A stretch of DNA of 64,000 nt from contig OY970335.1 of the NCBI GenBank assembly GCA_963717425.1, forward strand, positions 1,777,226 to 1,841,225, in the 5' to 3' direction. A program made the position numbers and the translations under genes. This document shows positions 49,432-57,308 of the stretch, one piece after another. The stretch comes from Vulcanimicrobiota bacterium (GTDB taxonomy: Bacteria; Vulcanimicrobiota; Vulcanimicrobiia; Vulcanimicrobiales; Vulcanimicrobiaceae). The notes under the pieces are model-generated. The model did not search any database. It saw only the letters and a list, made by a program, of their open reading frames with translations, and was not told the origin of the DNA. Position 1 is the first letter of the stretch; every line of letters begins with the position of its first letter.

Positions 49432-50576
49432 AATGCCATCACCTCCTCGTGGTGAAGCAAGTCTTCTAAGAACTGCGGGGGATAATGAAGATTGCTCCTC
49501 TCAAGACGCCCACGGAAGCCACGCGTCGCGCGCTCCGACAGCGGTGGCGGCTCTTGCGTCAGGAATCGCATGATCGGCGTCATTTCTAGGAGTACTGGAA
49601 AGGCACTGACCTCTATCGAGTAACGCTCTCCGCTGCGCCCCCAGGCTGCGAGCGGCCACGGCCCCGATTTCGGGAACCTCCTGCCGCGCAAATCGCGTTT
49701 GGTTTCGGGCACCCGACCAAGCCTCTTACCGATCCAGGAGGCAACTGGGACGCTGACGGCATTCCCGATCATCTTCCAGCGTTTGCGCTCAAACCTGGGA
49801 ATATCGCTCCCGATATCCGTCCAACCGATCGGGAAGCCTTGCAACGCCTCGGCATCCGCGATCTGCGGCATGACAATGGACCGTCGACGCCTCACCCAGA
49901 TCGCCGGGGGTGATGGAATGTGAATCCCGGAGCCGCTCTTCAGTGGGGGTACGGAATCATCAGCCCAACCTAGCCCGGCATTACCCTCGGTCCAATAGAA
50001 GCCGTGCGCCTGAACGTCATCGTGTCTAGGTGCATGTCCAACATCCTGGTCGAGTAGAATGCTTGGCGCAGAGTCGTCAAGCGATGCAACAAGAAGCCAA
50101 CGTTTCCGACGCTGCGGCAATCCGAATGCGGAAGTATCGACGATGCGATACGACCACGTGTATCTCATTGCCTCAAGCAAACGTGTGACATACGCAAGCG
50201 CTTTCCCGCGCTCAAGGTGAACGATGTTTTTGACGTTTTCCAAAACGATAAACGTGGGAAGGCGCTTCCTCGGGGTCTTAGCGATGAGCGCGAACATCCG
50301 CCGCAGGAGATCACGGCTGCCGTGCAAGCCGCTCGTCGGACCCACCTGACTGAAAGTCGAACAAGGAAAACCCGCGAGAATTGCATCTGACCGAGGTAGC
50401 TGTGTAATATCGAAAATATCCCCCGCAATGTCGCTCGTGAACCGATGCCGAAGGACCGATCGGCATGCATCATCGATCTCGTTAAGAAAAACCGCGTGAT
50501 GCCCGGCATTCTGAAATCCGAGTTCCAAGCCGCCGATTCCGGAAAAGAGACCTACGACTTGCAATCTATCCTCCAT
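49428..50576 (-). CDS. dcm: DNA (cytosine-5)-methyltransferase.
   Basis: Start at ATG 50576 (MEDRLQVVGLFSGIGGLELGF, motif I). GFPCSTFS (motif IV), VLENVKN (VI), QRRKRWLLVA (VIII), GNAVSVPV (X). The 131 codons upstream in the ORF are Arg/Ser/Pro-rich and probably not translated. The stop overlaps the vsr stop convergently (TTAG). Confidence 0.93.
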   Translation of the reverse strand: MEDRLQVVGLFSGIGGLELGFQNAGHHAVFLNEIDDACRSVLRHRFTSDIAGDIFDITQLPRSDAILAGFPCSTFSQVGPTSGLHGSRDLLRRMFALIAKTPRKRLPTFIVLENVKNIVHLERGKALAYVTRLLEAMRYTWSYRIVDTSAFGLPQRRKRWLLVASLDDSAPSILLDQDVGHAPRHDDVQAHGFYWTEGNAGLGWADDSVPPLKSGSGIHIPSPPAIWVRRRRSIVMPQIADAEALQGFPIGWTDIGSDIPRFERKRWKMIGNAVSVPVASWIGKRLGRVPETKRDLRGRRFPKSGPWPLAAWGRSGERYSIEVSAFPVLLEMTPIMRFLTQEPPPLSERATRGFRGRLERSNLHYPPQFLEDLLHHEEVMAF

Positions 50577-50636
50577 TGAGCATCTGATCGAGGCGGTTCC
50601 ATCCACTGCGATCGCTGGAAAGGCGATAAGTACTCC

Positions 50637-50680
50637 ATTAGAAGCGTTTTCCCTCGAGATTAGAAGCGTTTTCCCTCGAG
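50637..50680. repeat. Perfect 22-bp tandem duplication ATTAGAAGCGTTTTCCCTCGAG x2 in the dcm/UDG-like divergent intergenic region.
   Basis: Read directly: 50637-50658 and 50659-50680 are identical. The repeat lies about 60 nt upstream of the dcm start. Confidence 0.9.
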
Positions 50681-50968
50681 CGGCCTTGGCTGGGCCGCGT
50701 CGGGCTTCGCACGGGACTGAAATACGCCGAAGAAAGACAGCCCGGATCAGCCACGAATAGGGGCGCCGCGATGCTTCGTGCGAGTGACTGGGACTCTGTT
50801 GATCCGCGAAGCCTGCCGTCGTTCGGGACGCGCGCTCTCCAGGCGCCTTGCCCGTAGGCGTCCGCTCGCGGCCTCCCTGCGGGCCAGTCTCATACGATCT
50901 CGTGCTGGGGCTTCGGGGTACGGTCGGCGAAATGCGGGCCGCTTGTGAACACTGCAAACGGGAGCCCA

Positions 50969-51706
50969 ATGACGGCAGTCCGAGAAGTCTTCGATTCGAT
51001 AGCCTACTGCAAGAACGTTGCGCTGTGCCATCACGGGGGCGAATCGCACCCCTGCGCCACGATCGTTCGGTCGCAGCACGTTTCAGACGCCAATTTTCAA
51101 CTGCCAGAGCCGTGGCGCGGCCGGATCGACAAGGCGCGCATCCTATTCATAGGCTCCAACCCTTCGATCGGCGACGATCGGTACGCGCTTCAGTCTTCCC
51201 CTGAAACGCAGGTCTGGGAGTCACAGCATCTCGCATTCGGCGGCGGAAGCCGGCCATACGTCATAGACGGCATCAGGACGACTACGGCCACTGGGTCGCC
51301 CGACCACGTCGTACGCTATTGGTCGTCGATTCGGGCCAGGGCGCGCGAGTTGATCCCATGCGCGGTCCCGGGCGAGGACTACGCGATTTCTGAAGTCGTG
51401 CACTGCAAGTCCAAGGGCGAAGAGGGAGTCGCCGAAGCAGCCCAGACCTGCTATGCCATGCACATGTCGGCCGTGTTTTCGGTCGCGGCCGCGAAGGTCA
51501 TAATCGTGCTTGGCAAGTTCGCCAAGGAACAGCTGCTGGGTGCCGTGCCCGCTCCTTCGATTCCATCGCAGCTGGAGCTGGGAGGTTGGAAGCGGACCGT
51601 GCTCTTCTTGCCGCATCCCAACGCCAGAGGCGTACGGAAAGCCCTTGCAGCGCACTATGCCGGTGCGGACTTAGAGGCGGTCAAAGAGCTAATCGCGGCC
51701 CCTTGA
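50969..51706 (+). CDS. Uracil-DNA glycosylase superfamily protein (MUG/TDG- or family-4-like).
   Basis: ATG 50969 is preceded by GGGAG. ILFIGSNPSIGDD resembles the GINPG/GMNPG catalytic motif. FLPHPNARG resembles the HPS/NPSG C-terminal motif. An N-terminal Cys cluster is present (CKNVALCHHGGESHPC). Confidence 0.55.
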   Translation: MTAVREVFDSIAYCKNVALCHHGGESHPCATIVRSQHVSDANFQLPEPWRGRIDKARILFIGSNPSIGDDRYALQSSPETQVWESQHLAFGGGSRPYVIDGIRTTTATGSPDHVVRYWSSIRARARELIPCAVPGEDYAISEVVHCKSKGEEGVAEAAQTCYAMHMSAVFSVAAAKVIIVLGKFAKEQLLGAVPAPSIPSQLELGGWKRTVLFLPHPNARGVRKALAAHYAGADLEAVKELIAAP

Positions 51707-51720
51707 GAACACCCAGGGAG

Positions 51721-52473
51721 ATGGACGACGAGACATTCCTCGCATTCGTTCGCAATAGCGCCGCCAAATGCGATCTCGAGACGCTTGAAAAAGCCGTTAA
51801 GGCGCTAAGCGATAGCATCGCCAGTCGGCGCTGGGGGAGGCCGCCAGGTCTCGAAGTTGGGTCTCACGTTGCGGCCGTCGATTTCGATGGATGCTTTGGA
51901 TGGTACGGCACAGTCATTCGGTTGACGGGCCAGGGTTGCATCATCGAGCCGCCGGCTGCAAAATATACCCAGCGAATCTCGTTCAAGAGGTTCATAGTGC
52001 GCATCGTGGACGAGTTTGAATGGAATCGCGCATGTATGGCCGCAGAAGAGCGAGCGCACGACTTCGCCGAAAAAAAGGTTCGAGAAGATGCCGAATTGGA
52101 GGCGGACCGGGAGGACGCAATTAAAGATCGCGCCCCTGCAGCTCAGCGCCCCAAAAATATGCTGGCGATGAATGGTGCGGTAAGTGTGTACCGAGGAGCG
52201 TTCGTTCACGCTTATCGTCCCGACTGCGATGACCACGAGTACGGCGTGGTCGTCTACATGACGCCGAAGGCCCTGGACCTGAGTAGCCCGGAATCCGCGT
52301 GGATCCATCGAGTCGTCGCGGTGAAACATGAAATCGACATCCTGAGCGAGGGAGAGTGGCAAGTGGTGGATGCCGAGTTACGACGGAGGCGAGCGGAATA
52401 CGAAGCAGCGGAAAAGGCCGGGAAAACATCCGATCTGATCGACTACAGTAATGTCAGGATCCCCCTGCGTTGA
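51721..52473 (+). CDS. Hypothetical protein with two similar small beta-rich segments, each followed by a charged helix.
   Basis: ATG 51721 is preceded by CAGGGAG. The internal repeat is seen by eye (...GWYGTVIRL...IVRIVDEFEWN vs ...YGVVVYM...AVKHEIDILSEGEWQ). No family recognised. Confidence 0.5.
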   Translation: MDDETFLAFVRNSAAKCDLETLEKAVKALSDSIASRRWGRPPGLEVGSHVAAVDFDGCFGWYGTVIRLTGQGCIIEPPAAKYTQRISFKRFIVRIVDEFEWNRACMAAEERAHDFAEKKVREDAELEADREDAIKDRAPAAQRPKNMLAMNGAVSVYRGAFVHAYRPDCDDHEYGVVVYMTPKALDLSSPESAWIHRVVAVKHEIDILSEGEWQVVDAELRRRRAEYEAAEKAGKTSDLIDYSNVRIPLR

Positions 52474-52609
52474 GAGGTGAAGCTGGAGCGCTGCGCTAGT
52501 GCCGGACTAGCGTCGCTGACGGGGCACTCGGAGTCCACATCGCAAGCAATTCGAGCAGGCAGACGGCCGCATCCCTCGAACGCAGCCTTGTGCGCGTGCG
52601 ATCCGCGGC

Positions 52610-53857
52610 TTGCCGTTCCTGGACAACCCGAGCCGCCACGGTCTTGATCGAAATGCAGTCACACTACCTGTGATACCCCAAGGCCAGGACCCACGCGGAA
52701 ACGCTCACACTCCAGCATCGTCCGAGCCCGCGTACCTCTTAGAAACTCTTCGTATCATTGAAGCAGCCACCAATCACGATGCGGAGAAGCTGTCGATCTT
52801 CGTCGCGGCCCTCGTAAATAAGCTCCGCGAAAACGGCTTCGCTCACGCTGGGAAGCTTATCGAAAGAGCGTTTAACCGGTCGCGCGAGAGGCAGCTCTCC
52901 CCACAGTCATTGGGGCGCACAGTCGAAGGAGGGCTGCGGATTCCAGTTGACCCGGAGACTCACGTACCGCTAGCGGACGTCGAAACGCTTTCGGTAGACG
53001 ACTTGGGCTACGAAGCCGATCCGTTGACGTCGGCTAATACGTCTTCGTTCCTGTCCTTCGCGCGTAATCGGGGCAAGCTTCTCGCGAGTGGAATCTTCGT
53101 GCCGACGAATCTTCTGCTGCACGGGCCGCCTGGCTCCGGCAAAACGATTACTGCGAGATACGTCGCCGCCGCTCTCGGCCTGCCTATTATAACCGCCAGG
53201 ATGGATGCCGTTGTCTCCAGCTACTTGGGAAACACTGCAAAGAACATCCGCTACATTTTTGATGCAGCATCGTCGCAAAATGTCGTGCTGTTCCTGGATG
53301 AGCTTGATGCGATCGCGAAGGCCCGAGATGATGAGCACGAGCTTGGCGAACTAAAGCGCGTGGTAATAGCGCTGCTCCAAAACATCGACTCCGTGAACGG
53401 GAAGCTGATCCTGATTGCGGCGACTAATCACGAGCATCTTCTTGATCCGGCGATTTGGCGGAGGTTCCCGCACCGCGTCGGATTTCAGTCTTCCACGCTT
53501 GACTTTAGAAGGGCGCTGTTCGCGAGGTTTTCGACCGGGTTGCCGCCGGTCTGGTATGATGCCCTCGCACATGCCTCGCGTGGCCTAAGCGCCGGGGATA
53601 TACGCGAGATAACACAACGCGAGCAGATCAGCGCCATCATTGAAGATCGACTTATCCTTCCGGCCGCATTGCTGCGGAGCACGCTTGGCGTCGCTTCAAA
53701 GGGACCGGGCGGTTCGTACATGCCGATCGCGGATGTCGCCCGACGCGCAGCTTCCCGTGATAGTAAGTATTTTACTATTACTAGGCTGGCGAATCTACTT
53801 GGGGTTAGCCGCAGCAGGATCACAAGTTACCTTCGTAGGGCACGGCGTGCCAGATAA
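52610..53857 (+). CDS. AAA+ ATPase (classic AAA clade), IetA-like.
   Basis: LLLHGPPGSGKTITARYVA (Walker A), VVLFLDELDAI (Walker B), LIAATNHEHLLDPAIWRRF (sensor/Arg finger region). An S8 protease gene lies immediately downstream. The TTG start is uncertain. Confidence 0.85.
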   Translation: MPFLDNPSRHGLDRNAVTLPVIPQGQDPRGNAHTPASSEPAYLLETLRIIEAATNHDAEKLSIFVAALVNKLRENGFAHAGKLIERAFNRSRERQLSPQSLGRTVEGGLRIPVDPETHVPLADVETLSVDDLGYEADPLTSANTSSFLSFARNRGKLLASGIFVPTNLLLHGPPGSGKTITARYVAAALGLPIITARMDAVVSSYLGNTAKNIRYIFDAASSQNVVLFLDELDAIAKARDDEHELGELKRVVIALLQNIDSVNGKLILIAATNHEHLLDPAIWRRFPHRVGFQSSTLDFRRALFARFSTGLPPVWYDALAHASRGLSAGDIREITQREQISAIIEDRLILPAALLRSTLGVASKGPGGSYMPIADVARRAASRDSKYFTITRLANLLGVSRSRITSYLRRARRAR

Positions 53858-53903
53858 CTTTCAGCTCCCCATCCAAAGGGTGCTCAACCGCGACGGAGAC
53901 CGT

Positions 53904-56108
53904 ATGGCACGGCACGCTGGCGGAGGAGCAGATACTGTTTTCGAGGATGACGGCGAAGGTGGAGGACAAGGGGGTGTGCTTGCGGTCCTACCTCAGATCG
54001 AGCGAGAGGTAAACGCGCTTTCAGCAAGGTTCCCCTCAGTCCCGGCCGTTCTTCGCGTTCGCCTTAAGGACAATGCGCTCGCAAAGACACACCGGCCGAC
54101 CTCCTTATTCGACGAAGAAGCGCCCATAATAGGCGGCGAGGGGCCCGGAGAGTTGCTTGTTGCGGCCATGCCGCACTCACTCGCGGTTGTACGGCGCCGC
54201 GTCTCCAACCCCACCTCGCAGCGGATGCGCGCTAATATCTCAACAATTAGAGAAATGAACCTTGTCGAGCCGCGATCGAAGGTGGCTGAACTCCCGCATG
54301 AACCGAATGCTGATGGGCGGTATCAGCTTAAGGTAAAGCTATTCGATTATCACGATCAAGGCGTAAACGATCAATCACTGCGGAGGTTCATGACGTATCT
54401 CCATGAGCTTAACGTTGACGATCCAACAGTCCACCAGTATGCGCCAGATCTAAGAGTATTCGGGCTTGAGGTCGCCGATTTAGGGTTGGCTGAGCGGATC
54501 GCAGAGTTTCCGACCGTGAGGGCGGCGACGGCCTTTCCTCAGTTTGGCCACGATATTGACTTTGCGGCAGTGTCACTGGGGGCGCTCCAACCGGAGCGTC
54601 TTCCTCCGCCGGCTGCCGGCGAGCAGTATCCAGTGGTTGGGATGATTGACGGCGGAACCGACCCCGCGAACGCGCCGCTTCGCCCGTGGATTACCAATCG
54701 GTATGAGCCCTCCCCAGGTGCTGACAGGAATTTCGCTCATGGCACCTTCGTGGCTGGACTGATCGCAAGCCCAAAATCCCTTAACGGGCTTCTTGAGGCA
54801 TTCCCACCCACAAAGTGCCGGATCGTCGACGTGATCGCGATGCCGACCACCGGCCTTAGGGAACCGGAGCTCCTTGCAACGATTGATGCGGCTCTCGTAC
54901 AATTTCCAGACGTCCGAATTTGGAACATTTCCCTTGCGCGCAACGTCCCCGCCCATAAGGATGAGTTCAGCGATGTAGCGCGGGCGCTCGACGCTCGGCA
55001 GGATCGTCACAATGCCCTTTTTGTTATCGCCGCTGGAAACTACCGGACGCCGCCGCTCCGATCGTGGCCACCTCAGCCCTTAGCAGATCGAGATCGTGTA
55101 GCAGCACCCGGTGACTCAGCTCGCGGCCTCACGGTCGGGTCCGTTGCACACCTCGATAACGGTATATCGGCCGTGAGGACCGGTGAACCATCACCATTCT
55201 CTCGCCGTGGACCCGGCCCGTCGTTTATCCCGAAACCCGAACTTCATCACCACGGTGGGAACTGTTCGGCAAACGGCGACTTTCGCCAAATTGGCGTTCA
55301 ATCTGTCAACGAGCAAGGCTTGCTTGCCGAAGACGTGGGGACGAGCTTCGCAACGCCGATCATCTCATCTATTGTCGCGAACGTCGATCGCGCGCTCGGT
55401 GGCGGAGCTTCGAGGAACCTCCTCAAAGCGCTAATGGTGCATAGTGCGCTACTAAATAGCGGTCCCGACGTATCACCAAGTGACTTAAACTACTACGGCT
55501 TCGGAAAACCAACTGACGTTGTTGACGCGCTCGCGTGCGATCCGTGGTCATTTACGTTCCTGTTTGAGCCTAAGCTAGTCGCGGGCTATTACTACAATAT
55601 TTGGCCGTTCCCGCTTCCGGCGTGCTTACATCGAAACAATCGGCTATATGGCGAGGTTATAATGACATTGGTTTACGATCCGCCATTAGACAAAAGCTAT
55701 GGCTTTGAATATTGCCGGAGCAACGTCGAGGTTTCATTTGGAACGTACCTAGAGGACGCGGAAGGGAAGCGCCACCAGGCCGGCAAGGTGCCTGCGGACC
55801 CGGCGAGTCCAGACCTGGCTTTCGAAAAGTCTCGAATCGAGCACGGTTTCAAATGGTCGCCGACTAAGGCGTATAGGAAGCGCTTTCGTGGGACTCGTGG
55901 CGACGTTTGGAGACTCATGGTAGAAATCTTACACAGAAGTAACTTCGCGCCGACTGACCCGCAGCGCGCTGCCATTATATTGACGCTACGCGATCCGGAC
56001 AAGAATCGACCAGTTTATACTGACACGATGGACGCGATTCGATTAGTGGGCCGCCCGATCAGCGCACTCCGCGTACGAGACCAAGCGCGCTATCGGCGCC
56101 GAGCCTAG
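53904..56108 (+). CDS. S8 (subtilisin-like) serine peptidase, IetS-like.
   Basis: ATG 53904 is preceded by GGAGAC. Catalytic contexts are VVGMIDGGTD (Asp), HGTFVAGLIA (His), VIAAGNY (oxyanion Asn) and GTSFATPIISS (Ser). The N-terminal region of about 230 aa is of unknown fold. Confidence 0.85.
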   Translation: MARHAGGGADTVFEDDGEGGGQGGVLAVLPQIEREVNALSARFPSVPAVLRVRLKDNALAKTHRPTSLFDEEAPIIGGEGPGELLVAAMPHSLAVVRRRVSNPTSQRMRANISTIREMNLVEPRSKVAELPHEPNADGRYQLKVKLFDYHDQGVNDQSLRRFMTYLHELNVDDPTVHQYAPDLRVFGLEVADLGLAERIAEFPTVRAATAFPQFGHDIDFAAVSLGALQPERLPPPAAGEQYPVVGMIDGGTDPANAPLRPWITNRYEPSPGADRNFAHGTFVAGLIASPKSLNGLLEAFPPTKCRIVDVIAMPTTGLREPELLATIDAALVQFPDVRIWNISLARNVPAHKDEFSDVARALDARQDRHNALFVIAAGNYRTPPLRSWPPQPLADRDRVAAPGDSARGLTVGSVAHLDNGISAVRTGEPSPFSRRGPGPSFIPKPELHHHGGNCSANGDFRQIGVQSVNEQGLLAEDVGTSFATPIISSIVANVDRALGGGASRNLLKALMVHSALLNSGPDVSPSDLNYYGFGKPTDVVDALACDPWSFTFLFEPKLVAGYYYNIWPFPLPACLHRNNRLYGEVIMTLVYDPPLDKSYGFEYCRSNVEVSFGTYLEDAEGKRHQAGKVPADPASPDLAFEKSRIEHGFKWSPTKAYRKRFRGTRGDVWRLMVEILHRSNFAPTDPQRAAIILTLRDPDKNRPVYTDTMDAIRLVGRPISALRVRDQARYRRRA

Positions 56109-56381
56109 CGGCTAGCCGCCGCGCCCCTGCCTCGCTGTACCCTAGGCCAAGAATTACTTGCGGTTGGACCTCGAAATTGTGCGCTCGACCTCGCCGCCGG
56201 ATAGGGGAATGTCGAGCGGACTGGCCGGAACGCCCGGGCGGGCGATGCAACTCTAGCGCGGATCCACTGCGTGCGCACAAGGTTCGCAGCAATCAGAATG
56301 CGATATTTACGCATCGAGGAGGGCGGAGTGCGACCCGGTCTGTAAACGCTCGGTTGACTCGTGGTTTCTTAGGAGGTTTCC

Positions 56382-57308
56382 GTGACCGTATCGAGGCGCG
56401 TAAAGGAAGCAGATGCTGAGGCTTTCGCGGAGGTTTTGTCTAAGACAGCGTTGCCAGGAGGTACGGCAAGATTTGGCCATTTCGCGCTGCGAGGAAAGAG
56501 TGGCGTTAGAGACCGGATCAACTGGTCGAACCGTACGAACGGCAACGACCTCATCCTCGGCAAGCAGGAGTACACGTTCCCTTGCGGCGCGGCAGACGTT
56601 CAACTCTCGCTGCAACTCTATTTCAACGTGCGCCGCCACTATCGCCTTTTCGCATATACGAGGGCTGGCGATGTAGAAGGCATGACGTTCTCGGTCAACC
56701 TTACGACGAAAAGAGAATCGCGAAGCGTCATATTCCTGGAGCAGCCGATCAGTTTCAAGGAACGCTATCCGGATGCCCGAGATGGTGGCATCGAGCGCCG
56801 CCGGCAAAAGCAGATTCTGCTCTGCGATGTGCTTAGGCGCATCGGCATGGACGTCGACGATGATGCGAGGCTGGTTCTCGGCGTCTTCGATCCGCAGGGC
56901 CGAATGCTGCTCGACGCCACACCCGAGAGCTTTCTGAATAACTTCGTCGCGGCAGCGCTGTTGAAGGGCCACTTTCAGGGCAATAAGGGATATGAGTTGG
57001 ACGTCATTCCTTCTATGCGGGCCGCATACGATCTCTTCGCGCCAGCGAAAATGAATCCAAAATGGAAATCGCTGAGGGGGCGTCGCCCTGCTGGGCGCCC
57101 TCCAATTCCGTTAGCGGTACGTTACAAGGTCCTCGCGAGGGATCGGAGCGTATGCCGAAGGTGCGGACGGGGAGTGGCGGGAGGTCTCACTCTGCACATT
57201 GACCACAAGACCCCGGTTTCGCTCGGCGGCGACAGTGGCCTGAAGAACCTCTGGACGCTTTGCAGCGAGTGCAACCTCGGCAAGGGCAACCGCATCATCG
57301 ACCGCTAA
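56382..57308 (+). CDS. HNH endonuclease with an N-terminal domain of about 230 aa of unknown function.
   Basis: GTG 56382 is preceded by AGGAGG at 6-nt spacing. The C-terminus is CRRCGR...LHIDHKTPVSLGGDSGLKNLWTLCSECNLGKGNR (HNH with a CxxC...CxxC zinc site). Confidence 0.85.
   Translation: MTVSRRVKEADAEAFAEVLSKTALPGGTARFGHFALRGKSGVRDRINWSNRTNGNDLILGKQEYTFPCGAADVQLSLQLYFNVRRHYRLFAYTRAGDVEGMTFSVNLTTKRESRSVIFLEQPISFKERYPDARDGGIERRRQKQILLCDVLRRIGMDVDDDARLVLGVFDPQGRMLLDATPESFLNNFVAAALLKGHFQGNKGYELDVIPSMRAAYDLFAPAKMNPKWKSLRGRRPAGRPPIPLAVRYKVLARDRSVCRRCGRGVAGGLTLHIDHKTPVSLGGDSGLKNLWTLCSECNLGKGNRIIDR

Noticed and set aside
50577-50969. 131-codon N-terminal extension of the dcm ORF.
   Set aside because: The extension is rich in Arg/Ser/Pro with no methyltransferase motif. 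Motif I (FSGIGG) follows directly after ATG 50576. The region also holds the tandem 22-mer and the start of the divergent gene.
51556-51564. TTCGATTCC, a 9-nt match to the T-loop region of selC, considered as a possible attR.
   Set aside because: The match is only 9 nt, lies inside the UDG-like coding sequence, and does not extend into the acceptor-stem sequence. It is compatible with chance.
53640-53903. Upstream 88-codon extension of the S8 peptidase ORF.
   Set aside because: It overlaps the 3' end of the AAA+ ATPase gene in another frame. ATG 53904 has a GGAG-type RBS. A GTG near 53848 cannot be excluded as the start.
56307-56972. 221-aa minus-strand ORF overlapping the HNH gene.
   Set aside because: It overlaps the 5' two-thirds of a gene that has a strong AGGAGG RBS and an HNH motif. 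It has no RBS or motif of its own.
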